NCBI GenBank assembly: GCA_963751345.1 | Contig: CAVVUS010000028.1 | Location: 1-23,127, forward strand | Length of the DNA stretch: 23,127 nucleotides | From: an uncultured Chloroflexia bacterium | Lineage (GTDB): Bacteria > Chloroflexota > Anaerolineae > B4-G1 > SLSP01 | Direction: 5' to 3' | Shown: piece by piece, positions 7,947-17,643 of the stretch | Numbering within the stretch: the stretch's first letter is position 1 | Layout: every line of letters begins with the position of its first letter | Translations under genes and position numbers: made by a program | The notes under the pieces: generated by a model | What the model saw: the letters and a program-made list of their open reading frames with translations, nothing else | Database searches by the model: none | What the model was told of the DNA's origin: nothing

Positions 7947-8768
7947 GCTGCGCGCCTCGTACACCCGCACGTAGTCGATTTGATACGTCTGCGGGAAGAT
8001 CGAATCGTCCACGCCGTACTGTCCACCCCAACTGCCACCGATGGCGGCGTTCAGGATCAAGTACTGGGGCTGATCGAAGGGCCATGCGTTCACGCCCGTG
8101 CCGTCGTTCTGATAGGTGTAGTAGCGCTGATCGTCGACGTAGAAATCAATGCGGTCCGGGAACCACTCGATGGCGTAGACGTGGAACTCCTTGCTCACAT
8201 CCGGAATAGGGACGCTGCTGCCCGTGGTCGCAGCATCCGCTGCCTCTGATGCTGCAGTGTGGATGGTGCCGTGGATCATCAGGGGATCGAACCCCACGTT
8301 CTCCATGATGTCGATCTCACCGCAGGCGGGCCATCCTACGTCATCAATGTTGGTCCCCAACGACCAGATCGCGGGCCACATCCCGATGCCGCGAGGGAGC
8401 TTGGCGCGCACCTCGATTCGCCCGTAGGTCCAGGCTGCCGTCTCTTTCGTCGTCACGCTAGCCGACGTATAGCCGGCACCCTCATAGGCCTCCTTACGCG
8501 ACGTGATGGTCAGCACACCGTCTTGAACGTAGGCGTTCTCCTTCCGCGCTTCGGTATAGTATTGGAGCTCGTCGTTGCGCACGAACCCCACCTCGTACCC
8601 CCAGCGATTCGGGTCCGGGAGGCCCTTGTAATCGAACTCGTCAGACCACACAAGATCCCACACTTGTCCACCTCCGGTGGTAATGGCATAAGGCGTGGGC
8701 CGCATAGAGCCACACGCAGCAGCCAGAGGGACCAATGCCAATACGAGAAGCCACGTACGCAGTCTCAT
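7941..8768 (-). CDS. GH16 glycoside hydrolase (laminarinase / beta-1,3-glucanase-like), lipoprotein
   Basis: LVWSDEF, GRIEVRAKLP, WPAIW, catalytic GEIDIMEN, FHVYAIEW, IDYVRVY. Signal peptide with lipobox LAAAC. ATG 8768 follows GAGGAG/AGGA; ATG 8795 is an alternative start. Confidence 0.92.
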   Translation of the reverse strand: MRLRTWLLVLALVPLAAACGSMRPTPYAITTGGGQVWDLVWSDEFDYKGLPDPNRWGYEVGFVRNDELQYYTEARKENAYVQDGVLTITSRKEAYEGAGYTSASVTTKETAAWTYGRIEVRAKLPRGIGMWPAIWSLGTNIDDVGWPACGEIDIMENVGFDPLMIHGTIHTAASEAADAATTGSSVPIPDVSKEFHVYAIEWFPDRIDFYVDDQRYYTYQNDGTGVNAWPFDQPQYLILNAAIGGSWGGQYGVDDSIFPQTYQIDYVRVYEARSQ

Positions 8769-8778
8769 CCGCCGGTTC

Positions 8779-10273
8779 CTACTCCTCGTAGACATGCTCC
8801 CAGTACGTGCGCCAGTTGGCAGGACCTACCCACTGGGTACACTCGCCGGGGAAGGGGGCGCGCCCCTCACTGCGTAGCCAGGCCATGAGCTTGGGATGGG
8901 TACCCCTGCGGGCTGCTTCGGCAAGGCCGGCCTCCCGCAGATCCGTGACGATTCCCGGATAGCTCTGCGCGACGTCCTCCACCGAACCGTGCTCGAAGAG
9001 CCGGCACTCAGCAGGATCGGCCGCGAGATTGAGGTACCATTCGTGGCTGAACACGCTAAAAAGGGTCTGGCGTGGATCTCCGCGCCAGCTCTCCACACTC
9101 TGTCCCGCGATGGCCACCGCGCGCGGTTCGACTCCGACCCGCTCGACGGGATCGAGGAGGTCCCGCCCCACCCAAGCCTCAGGGCGCTCGACCCCCGCAA
9201 TGCCAAGGAGGGTTGCGGCGATGTCCTGAGGTTGGACGATCACCTCGGAGCGACCGGCGGGCCCGGCCTCACCGGGCAGATGAATCAGTAGCGGAACGTG
9301 TGCCTCCTGCTCGTTGGCCACCGCGGTCTTGCCAAAGCCGCCGCGCTCCCCGAGGTTCGTCCCGTGATCCGCCGTCAGGACGATCGCCGTGTTCCGATCG
9401 AGGCCGGTCTCCTCCAATGCGCGGAGAATCTCGCCAAACCAACGATCCACCCATGTCACCTTGCCCGCGTAGTAGGCGGTCAGGCGCTCGCGCACACCCG
9501 GTGGAAAGACGCCGCCCTTGGGATTACGCACTGCGCTGTCAAAGGCGCGGATATCGACACGACCATCATAGCCCGGGCTCCGGTCATACCGCCGGACGAA
9601 CTCGGGCGGGACGTCCCAGGGCTCGTGGGGATCAAAGCAATCGAGCCAGAGGAAGAAACTGTCCTCGCGCGTGCTGCCGCGCGTCGCGTTGTCGCGCAGG
9701 AACTCGGCACCCTTGAGGAAGACCTTCGCCGCGTTCCAGTCCTCCGGCCCGGTGCGATGCCGGTTGGCGCGGGCGTAGCTGAGGAGCATGCGCCGTGTTC
9801 CCCCAGACAATGCACCCTGGTTCTATGGCGTCGAAGAGCGGATCGTGGCCCCAGTTGGCCAGAGGCGTCAGGACCTGATCATCGATCCAGGGACGGTCCA
9901 CCTCGGCGCCGTGGAGGAAAGTCCAGGCTGCGAAGGGATAGTCAAAGGCGTGCCCCCCATTGACGAGATGGGGCGTGTCGTGAATCAACTGGGTGGCATA
10001 CCCATCCTGCGCCAGCAGCCGCGGCAACGTTGGCACGTCGAACGGCAGTGGCATCCACGGATGAAACGGCCCCCGATAGGACCAGGCGTACTCCCCCGTC
10101 ATCATATCGGTGCGATGGGGTATCGTGGGATAACTGGCGGCGTAGGCGTGGTCAAAGGCCAGCGACTCACGGGCCAGCCGGTCCAGGTTCGGCGTCTCGA
10201 TCCAGTCGTTCGCCCCGTTCGCACGAACGTAATCGTAGCGCAGCGTATCGATGATGCAGAGGATGATATTCAC
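8779..10273 (-). CDS. Sulfatase-fold (alkaline phosphatase superfamily) hydrolase with TIPHR signature; one +1 frameshift at about 9815 (about 497 aa when repaired)
   Basis: N-half (ORF 9632..10273): IIDTLRYD, TPNLDRLA, SYPTIPHRTDMMTG. C-half (ORF 8779..9810): FDPHEPWD, YAGKVTWVDRWFG, TADHG...GK, HVPLLI, DIAATL. Removing one G of the GGG run at 9815-9817 joins them. GGAGG RBS and GTG start. Confidence 0.85.
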
Positions 10274-10313
10274 GTCGGTATACCTCCTTTGGCGCTCAGC
10301 TGGTAGCCGAATG

Positions 10314-12825
10314 CTACTCGCCCTCCATCAGCCCGGTCTCGACCAGGGTCACCGTCGCCGGATTCAGGCGCAGGGTCTTGATCTCGAATGCACCCAGATC
10401 CACAGGGACCGTGAGTCCGAGCGACGGCACCGACACGGAGGTCGATCGCGGCTGACCCGTCGGCTCGAAGAGCCGGACGATATAGCCCACACCATCTTCG
10501 GCGCGCTTGAACGCCGTCAACTGCACCACGTCATCTCCCAACAGCAGCCCCGGCCTCGGTGCCGTGCCCTCCCCCTGTGGGAAGAACGATAGGGCGAAGG
10601 GTTTCTCGTTGTGCACCAGCGCTTCACGGTCCACGGCATCCAGGCGCGTGCGCACGGGACCGGCGTTGATCCAAAAGCGGTAGAGCCGCTCGCCCTGGTC
10701 GATGCGCGGCGTGAACCGATCCTGGGGCACGACCGGTCGATCGAGAATCGGGTGCCCCGAATAGGCCGGGGAGCGCAGCAACGTCAGGCGAAGCGTGCCC
10801 TCCGAGAAGTCCGAGCCGTAGATCCCGTCGTCGATACAGGTAAGCGCTCGGTCCGCTTCCGCGTCCACGACCGCTACCCACTTCTGCGCTACCGCTTCGT
10901 CGCCGTTGCCGGGGAGATCGGCGACCCCATAGGCCACCTGACCTACGTACGTTCCCCCGGTCATCGACGTCGGCACGGCCAGCTTCAACATCCGGTCCTT
11001 TTCAAGCCACAACACCCGCAGATCGACCTCAATCTCCGTGCCCCGCTTGGGCAGGATGTAATGAACGCAGATCGCCGACCGCTCGTAGGCGAAGACCGCC
11101 TCGACGACGGTCCGCACGTCGCCATCCTCGATCACACGCACTGCCGGGAGTTCGTCCACCCGTACACCTGAGAAAGCGGCGCTCTCAGCAGGTGTCATCA
11201 ACGCGAACTGCCCGACCACCTCATCGAACCGCCGCCCCCGCATCCCCCAAGGGTCTTCGGAGTCCGCCACGACCAACGCGGCGAAGGCGCCGGGCGCCAA
11301 TACGTCGACCCCCTCTGCGCGGTAGCGATCAATCAGCCCTGTCGCCACATTGATATCGACCTCGAGTTCCGGCGCCTCGAAGTGGACGAAGTCCTTCTCC
11401 GGTGCAAGCTTCACAGGTGGCTTCTCGGGCAGCATCGAAAGCCGGCAATCGAAACGGTTCATCTGGCTGGGCGCCAGCATCGCCGCGAAGACGACACGCT
11501 TGCGCCAGTCGAGGTTGAGATTTCCGGCCTCCTTCTCCACCTGCGTCGGCAGCGGGACGCCCGCCTGCGTCGCCGTGACCTGGGTAAAGGTATCATCCCA
11601 ATTCTGATCCGCCAGTTGGAACTCACACGTCACCGTCGTCCTCACCGGGAAAGGATGAGGGTTGTAGACCAGGATCGGGATCTCGCCCTCAGCCGCCTTG
11701 GGCTGTCCCTGAGCCAACGCGAAGAACGTCCGGGCTCGGACCCGTGACAAGGTCTCCAGCCCGTGTCCCAGGACACGCAGTGACATCTCTTCTACGGGCT
11801 GGATCGATGACCCCGGCAGGATATCGTGAAACTCGGAGAAAAGGAGATCGCGCTGTGCCGTACGTCCAACTCGCTCTCGGGATAGGCCAACACCCCTGCA
11901 GCGCTGCCGTGGACGCCATTTTCTCCGTAGCATAGAGCGCGTTCTCCAGCGCACGATGCTGCTGTTTGATCCTGATTTGTGAGGTATAGCAGCCCACGGC
12001 CCACGGGTTGATGTCACGCTCGTGACGTGGCAGTGATGCTCGACCACGAGACGCCGTGAGATCCGCGAAATATGCCTCCGGCGTCGAGTGCAGAATCTCC
12101 GCCGTCTCCGTCTCGTCCATGAGGGCCGCCAGATCCCGGAGATCCTTCCGCGAAGGTCCGCCACCGTGATCGCCTACCCCCCACAGGACCAGGCTCACAT
12201 CACGGTCGGGATACTCCGCCAGGAAGGCCTCGACCTTCTCGCGTGCGCCACCCAGAGTCGACAGATACCACGTCATCGACCGGTGCCCGATGACCTCCGA
12301 GCCATCGTAACCCACCCAAAGGAAGTCGTGGTCAGGCAGATGGCAGTCCTCCTCCGCCGGGCGGCAGAAGAGATAGCTATCATAGCCGCCCTTGGCCATG
12401 ATCTGGACCAGGCCCCGGGAGTGGCCAAAAGGGTCGAAGTTGATCGCCGTCGTCGGTCGCGCCCCGAACTTCTCATCGAAGTAACGCCGCCCGACGAGAA
12501 TCTGGCGCACGAACGACTCACCACTGGGCATGTTGCAGTCGGGCTGGAGAAACCAGCCGCCCATAATGTGCCAGCGGCCTTCTCGAACCAGCCGCTGGAT
12601 ACGGGCGAAGAGCTCAGGCTCATAGGTCTCTACCCATTGGTAGAGCACCGCCTCGTTGTGATTGAAGACGAAACCGTCGAATGCCTCGCACAGATCCGCT
12701 GCAGTGCGGAATGTCGAGATCGCTTCCGCTGCGCCCTCTTCCCATTCCCACATCCACACCGGGTCAAGGTGCGCGTTGCACACCAGGTACACGCGCGGTT
12801 TCTTCACCCCCGTCGTCTCGTCCAT
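10314..12825 (-). CDS. GH38 alpha-mannosidase; two -1 frameshifts at about 11895 and 11863 (about 837 aa when repaired)
   Basis: NAHLDPVWMW, SGESFVRQ, nucleophile DPFGHS, GVGDHGGGP, GCYTSQ, FHDILPGSS, LTLLRSP, FEIKTL. The bridging frame reads GVLAYPESELD. Confidence 0.92.
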
Positions 12826-12853
12826 CGCTCACTCACTCTAGCCCTCGACTCTC

Positions 12854-13879
12854 CTATCCAAGGAGGGCCTCCGCAATGGCGGTCGGGTCGCCGTTCGCGT
12901 CGACTATGCCAAATGACCCCTTGTAGTCCCAGTTTGCCCAGCCAATGTCATATTCGTCGAACACCGACAGCATGTCCCGGTACCACGCTATGCGCAGCGG
13001 ATCGGGCGTCCGGTCGTAACATCCGAACTCGCCGCAATAGAGCGGCAACCCCAGCTCGTCGCGCACCACGAGGGGCTCGGCCAGATCCTCGACGATCGTC
13101 TCTCGGCTGAAGGGCCGGTTCCAACCCTGTGCTTCGATCTCCGCACGGAGCGCTTCATCCAGCCTCCTGAGATCGCGTCTCGCAATGGGGCGCCCCGGAT
13201 ACGTTATCGGCCCGGCATACGTCCCTCCTACGGCCCACCAGGGGGCCGTATGGTGGGTGACGAGCATGGGCCGGTAGTAATGGAACGTCAGGATGGTGTC
13301 GTCATCCTCCGGCACGTCCAGGCTGTGAAACGTCTGTGGCTGGTTGAACCAATTCGACCCCAGGACGATCGTTCGCTCCGGCTCCCGCTCCCGGATAGCC
13401 TGATAGGCCGCCATGGCCACCCGGTTCCACTCCTCCGGATCGCGCGCCACGGGTTCGTTCAGGAGTTCATAGGCCACAAGATCCGTCGAACGCCAGTCCA
13501 GGTGATCAGATATATACCGCCAGAGTCCACCAAAGCGTGTCTCTTCGTCGGGATCTGTGTACAGCCGCGGATCTTGCTCATCGAGGAAGTGATGCGAGCG
13601 CAGAATATGCAGATCAACCACCACGCGCAGCCCCTCGTCCTCACACCAGTCCAGCGCGGAATCAAGCAGCTCAAAGGCCTCGGTATCCTTCTCGCCGGCC
13701 TCGTCCCACAGCTGTTCCTCATCCACCGGCAGGCGAATGTGATCGAAACGACCGCCACCCATCGTCGCTATCCGATGGACATCGCGCTCGGTGAAGAACG
13801 CCAGCCGTTCTCCCTCCCGCCGCTGGCTCTGACTCAGCCAGTGCGAGATGTTGGTTCCACGCTTGATCTCAAAAGCCAT
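12854..13879 (-). CDS. GH5 glycoside hydrolase, CelC-like cytoplasmic beta-glucanase/cellodextrinase
   Basis: RGTNISHWLSQ, FDHIRLPVDE, VVDLH, acid/base YELLNEP, TFHYY, nucleophile LYCGEFG, WANWDYKGSFG. ATG 13879 follows AAGGAGAG. Confidence 0.92.
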   Translation of the reverse strand: MAFEIKRGTNISHWLSQSQRREGERLAFFTERDVHRIATMGGGRFDHIRLPVDEEQLWDEAGEKDTEAFELLDSALDWCEDEGLRVVVDLHILRSHHFLDEQDPRLYTDPDEETRFGGLWRYISDHLDWRSTDLVAYELLNEPVARDPEEWNRVAMAAYQAIREREPERTIVLGSNWFNQPQTFHSLDVPEDDDTILTFHYYRPMLVTHHTAPWWAVGGTYAGPITYPGRPIARRDLRRLDEALRAEIEAQGWNRPFSRETIVEDLAEPLVVRDELGLPLYCGEFGCYDRTPDPLRIAWYRDMLSVFDEYDIGWANWDYKGSFGIVDANGDPTAIAEALLG

Positions 13880-13900
13880 CCTGCTCTCCTTCTGACACAA

Positions 13901-13950
13901 GGGACGGGCGATTGGGAATCGGGAACTCCGAGTCCCCGATCACCCGTCCC
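13901..13950 (-). repeat. 50-nt imperfect intergenic hairpin (REP-like; possible mRNA stabiliser or weak terminator)
   Basis: gggacgggtgatcggggactcgg-loop-ccgattcccaatcgcccgtccc on the minus strand. Two mismatches become G-U pairs on the transcribed strand. No clear poly-U tail. Confidence 0.65.
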
Positions 13951-13965
13951 GAATCACGTCTGTCG

Positions 13966-15417
13966 CTACACCACCACCGCTTCGATCCCCAGGAACTTGC
14001 ACACCTGCAGCAACGGCTGCGTGTAGTCCCCATGAATCATGCTGGCGTGATGGATGAAGCCTTCCTCGACCAGGGTGCGATAGAGTCGATCGTGGTCCGC
14101 CACCTCGACCCACGACCACGTCCCCGCGAGCGTCTCGTCGCTGGGCACGATCTCGCCCGTCGCGATCAGCATCTTCCACGCGTCATCATATTCTGCCAGG
14201 CGTACGAACGTCACTTTGCCCGGCTTGAGCTGGAACTGGCTCAGCCCTTGCTGCACATCGGTCTCCTCAGGCGCCAGCTCTCCCGTCATGTCGCGACGCG
14301 ATCGCAGCGCCGTCGTGTCGTCCTCGCAGGCAAGGCACGTCGGCGCATTCCCACAGTGCCACGCCAGCAGCCGATTGGGATGCTCCCGGTGGCGAATCGT
14401 CCAGTCCACGAAGTGCGGAAGCGTCTGTCCCAGGGACGCCCGGTGGCAGACCAACATCGACAGCGCCCCGAGCACGTCCGCTTCACACGCGGTCAGCATC
14501 CCCTTCCCCGTCATCCGGCCATACGTGGTACACACCGAAATCCCCATCAGCCGTTGAATCGAGGGCCAGCACTGCATCGCCATCGCCGACAGATCGTTGT
14601 CCACAAAGAATGCGGTGAGCGCCACCTCCAGCTTGGAGGCGTAAAGTAGATACCGGTCCGAAACTGTGATCTCGTCGTACGACGCACGGAAATTCGCGAT
14701 CGTCTCAAGAACTTCAGGATCGTCATCCGCCAGCGCGACCGCGCGATCGACGATATCTGATAGGTTAGTGTAGATCATGTTTTGGCCAAAGGTGCGGATC
14801 ATCGCGACCTCATCGTAGCCGACGGTCTCGAACGTCGGGGGGCGCACGCCCACCTGTCCGATCCGCGCTCCCTTCAGCCCCTTGACGACCGCCACAGCCC
14901 GTACGAAGTCCTGCACCTCCGGCAGAAACTCCGGATCATCAGGGAAGAAGAGCCCCGCGTAGCGGAAGGCGATCTTCCGCCGGTAGAGGCCCGATGCCAT
15001 CGAGAGATTCCCGCAGTAGGAATCGGAGACCCGCGTCATCCCCGGATCGTCCCGGCCTGGCGGCTCCTTGGTCGCATAGAGCAGCACCGGCACATCGAGC
15101 AGCTCCGCTACCTTCACCGCCGACCGCTCGTCTCCGAAATCCAGCGGGCAGAGTATCACACCATCCACCTTCTGACGCCGGAAGTACTCCGCGACAACCT
15201 CCGCCTGATCCAGCGTGGACACCGTGCCGTGGGGGGTCAATCCCTTCTCCGCGTCGAGCGTCGTGTCATCAGGCCCCGGCTGCGGCACAACGACCTCCAT
15301 CCCCTCTACCTTTGCAAACGCCGCCAAACTGTCGGCCCGCATCTTCTCACACCAGGGCGTGAACCGGAACCGGTACGACGGCACAAACCCGATCTTTACT
15401 TGAATGTCTTTGGACAT
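13966..15417 (-). CDS. L-fucose / L-arabinose isomerase family protein (483 aa)
   Basis: DFGDERS, DSYCGNLS, IGQVGVRPPTFET, MQCWPSIQ, ACEADVLGA, WHCGNAP, LKPGKVT, GFIHHASMIHG. Confidence 0.85.
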   Translation of the reverse strand: MSKDIQVKIGFVPSYRFRFTPWCEKMRADSLAAFAKVEGMEVVVPQPGPDDTTLDAEKGLTPHGTVSTLDQAEVVAEYFRRQKVDGVILCPLDFGDERSAVKVAELLDVPVLLYATKEPPGRDDPGMTRVSDSYCGNLSMASGLYRRKIAFRYAGLFFPDDPEFLPEVQDFVRAVAVVKGLKGARIGQVGVRPPTFETVGYDEVAMIRTFGQNMIYTNLSDIVDRAVALADDDPEVLETIANFRASYDEITVSDRYLLYASKLEVALTAFFVDNDLSAMAMQCWPSIQRLMGISVCTTYGRMTGKGMLTACEADVLGALSMLVCHRASLGQTLPHFVDWTIRHREHPNRLLAWHCGNAPTCLACEDDTTALRSRRDMTGELAPEETDVQQGLSQFQLKPGKVTFVRLAEYDDAWKMLIATGEIVPSDETLAGTWSWVEVADHDRLYRTLVEEGFIHHASMIHGDYTQPLLQVCKFLGIEAVVV

Positions 15418-15450
15418 AGACCTCGCCTCACTTGAATGAGTCTACGATAT

Positions 15451-15506
15451 GATGAGTGACAGGTGACGATTGACCGGAGACCTTCAATCATCACGCGTTC
15501 CTCGCC
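15451..15506. repeat. Degenerate second copy of the heptamer-based hairpin element
   Basis: gatgagtgacaggtgacgattgaccggaga matches 6766-6795 at 25/30 nt by hand alignment, followed by a partially complementary arm tcaatcatcacgcgttcctcgcc. Confidence 0.7.
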
Positions 15507-15511
15507 ACACT

Positions 15512-16360
15512 TCATTTCTTCAGAAACGCCTTCACGGCGTCCATATAGGCCTCGAAGGCCTCGCGGCGGATATTGTGCCCGGCGCCCTCGATGAGGACCA
15601 CCTCGATCTTGGGGTTGAGCTCCGTCGCTTCCTTCGCAAGCTCCTGCGTCACGATCGATCCCTTCTCGGTATCGGCCGTGATGAGCAGTGTCGGCGCGGT
15701 GATCTCGGCCGCAGTCTCCCGCCAGGGCTTGGGCCGGCCCTCACGCCCGCCGACGACGTAGGGGCTGAGCTGCTGCTTGGAGAGGGCCCAGGGTTCGAGT
15801 TCGGCCTCCGGCCACGTCGGGGACTGCTCGCGGCACAGTGCGATCAGCGCTTCCTTGCTCATCTTGTTGCGCTCGACAATCTCATCTCTTCGCTGCTTGA
15901 GCCATGCCTCACGCTCCTCCTCGGTCCTCGCCTGGCGGCGGCTGCCCTCCTCGAACCAGGCAGGATCCTCCAGCAGCACCTTGCCGAAGAGATCCGGGTA
16001 CTGCGCCGCAGCCGCTGCTGCCGTAGAGGCGCCCATTGAGTGGCCCAGGATCGCGGGCTTTTCCAACCCCAACGCCTGAACGACACCGGCCACGTCATCG
16101 GCGCGATCGGCCGTCGTGTATCCGGTCTCGGGTGCGTCGGATAGGCCGTGCCCGCGGGCGTCCACCATCACAATATCGTAGTCGCCCTCCAGTGCCTTCG
16201 CGACCGAAATCCAGCAAAGCCCGTTGTCACTGAACCCATGGCAGAGCACAAGGGCCGGCTTCGTGCCGTCGCCCGTCCGCCAATAGTGCATCCGAATCCC
16301 GTTCGCCTGCACGTAACCATCCGGCCACATCGTCAGAATATCATCCGTATTGGTGGTCAT
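15512..16360 (-). CDS. Alpha/beta-fold hydrolase (esterase/lactonase-like)
   Basis: HGFSD, DARGHGLS, nucleophile elbow GHSMG, GAGHNI. The true start is ATG 16360 after AAGGAG; the track's extension to 16447 translates the octamer repeat. Confidence 0.9.
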   Translation of the reverse strand: MTTNTDDILTMWPDGYVQANGIRMHYWRTGDGTKPALVLCHGFSDNGLCWISVAKALEGDYDIVMVDARGHGLSDAPETGYTTADRADDVAGVVQALGLEKPAILGHSMGASTAAAAAAQYPDLFGKVLLEDPAWFEEGSRRQARTEEEREAWLKQRRDEIVERNKMSKEALIALCREQSPTWPEAELEPWALSKQQLSPYVVGGREGRPKPWRETAAEITAPTLLITADTEKGSIVTQELAKEATELNPKIEVVLIEGAGHNIRREAFEAYMDAVKAFLKK

Positions 16361-16390
16361 TCGATTTCTCCTTGAGAATGAAGGGATAAG

Positions 16391-16450
16391 AACGTTGGAA
16401 CGTTGCCACGTGTTAACGTTCAAACGTGAAAACGTAATAACGTTCAAACG
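16391..16450. repeat. Tandem octamer array of 7+ units with invariant ACGT core (consensus AACGTtNN)
   Basis: aacgttgg aacgttgc cacgtgtt aacgttca aacgtgaa aacgtaat aacgttca aacg. An AT-rich island in GC-rich DNA; contains the dehydratase TGA stop. Confidence 0.85.
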
Positions 16451-17619
16451 CTCTCCCGAGACTCGATACGTTCCTCGTCAAGAACCAGACCCAGCCCCGG
16501 CAGATCGGGCAGCGTTACACTGCCGTCCTGCGGCACATAGAGCGGCTTGTGGAAGAATTGCTTGCGCGCCTGGTGCCGGATGAGGTATTCGACATAGGGC
16601 ACGGTGCTTGGCGATTGCGCACCGGCAACGTGCAACGCCGCAAGCAGCGAATGCCCGTGGGCGATGACCGGCACCTCGAAGGCCGAAGCCAGGTTGCAGA
16701 TCTTGACCAGTTCGGTGATCCCGCCCGTCCAATCCGGGTCGGTCTGGACGACGTCGACCGCTCCGGCCACGAGCAGCTCCTTGACCTGCCAGCGCGTGTA
16801 GACGTGCTCGCCGGTCGCCAGCGGCACCCCGGCAGCCTGGCTGAGCTTCCGGAAGGCACCCACCCGCTCCGGGGGAATGGGCTCCTCCAACCACCTGACG
16901 TTGTAGGATTCCAGCGCGCGCACCATCTCGGAGGCATAGCTGAGATCCCATCCCATATAGGCGTCGAACATCAGCGGGTAGAAGGGACCCACCGCGTCGC
17001 GCAGGGACTGCACCAACGCCAAGTTTCGCAGCTTGCCCGCCTCCCCATCGCCCGGGCCATAGCGGAAAAACCACTTTTGCGCGGAAAAGCCCTGATCCTT
17101 GAAATCCACCGCGACCTCGGCGGCGATCTCGGGGTCGATGGCATAACCTAGCATGCTTGCGTAGGCAGGCACGCTAGGCCGCGTGGGCCCACCAAGCAGC
17201 CGGTAGACCGGCTGGTTCCAGGCCTTACCCTTGAGGTCCCAGAGCGCACAGTCGATAGGGCTAAGTCCCGTCATGAAGATGCCGGACCGCCCGTGGCGAT
17301 GGAGCCGGAGCATCTGATCGTGAAGCAGCTCCGTCGCCAGTGGGTCGCGACCGATCAGGTACGAGCGCAGGAACGTGCGGATGACATCGGCCTGATAACT
17401 GTCGATCGGGCCGAAGAGGCCGGAGATCCCCTCATCCGTCCGGATCTCGACGTAGATCTCGCTGACCGGCTGTGGCCCTCCCGGTCCGGCGGACCAGCTG
17501 CGGGCATTAAACTCGGGGTAGATGTCGACAGCCTGAGACTGCCGGTTGCCGGGCGGAAAGTCCGGGCTTTCCCAAGTCCCGTGTACTTTGAACAACACAA
17601 CATCCGTTATCTTCATCAT
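16444..17619 (-). CDS. Mandelate racemase / enolase superfamily acid-sugar dehydratase, L-rhamnonate dehydratase-like
   Basis: IDCALWDLKGK, PVYRLLGG, metal ligands LMFDAY / WLEEP / ATGEH, QTDPDWTGG, AHGHS, PGLG. AAGGAG RBS. Confidence 0.88.
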   Translation of the reverse strand: MMKITDVVLFKVHGTWESPDFPPGNRQSQAVDIYPEFNARSWSAGPGGPQPVSEIYVEIRTDEGISGLFGPIDSYQADVIRTFLRSYLIGRDPLATELLHDQMLRLHRHGRSGIFMTGLSPIDCALWDLKGKAWNQPVYRLLGGPTRPSVPAYASMLGYAIDPEIAAEVAVDFKDQGFSAQKWFFRYGPGDGEAGKLRNLALVQSLRDAVGPFYPLMFDAYMGWDLSYASEMVRALESYNVRWLEEPIPPERVGAFRKLSQAAGVPLATGEHVYTRWQVKELLVAGAVDVVQTDPDWTGGITELVKICNLASAFEVPVIAHGHSLLAALHVAGAQSPSTVPYVEYLIRHQARKQFFHKPLYVPQDGSVTLPDLPGLGLVLDEERIESRESV

Positions 17620-17643
17620 AGCTCCTTGATTGGCGGCCGCCTC

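Noticed and set aside
9800-11900. Programmed frameshifting or phase variation in the sulfatase and GH38 genes
   Set aside because: There are no slippery heptamers or long homopolymer tracts, only 3-4 nt G runs, and indels are widespread in the window.
11860-12164. Arg-rich N-terminus of ORF 10314..12164 as a separate protein or Tat signal
   Set aside because: It is an out-of-frame reading of the GH38 gene upstream of the frameshift.
16361-16447. N-terminal extension MNVITFSRLNVNTWQRSNV... of the alpha/beta hydrolase
   Set aside because: It is a translation of the octamer array; a strong RBS precedes ATG 16360.
6766-16450. CRISPR array interpretation of the short repeats
   Set aside because: Units are 7-8 nt and contiguous, with no unique spacers and no cas genes.
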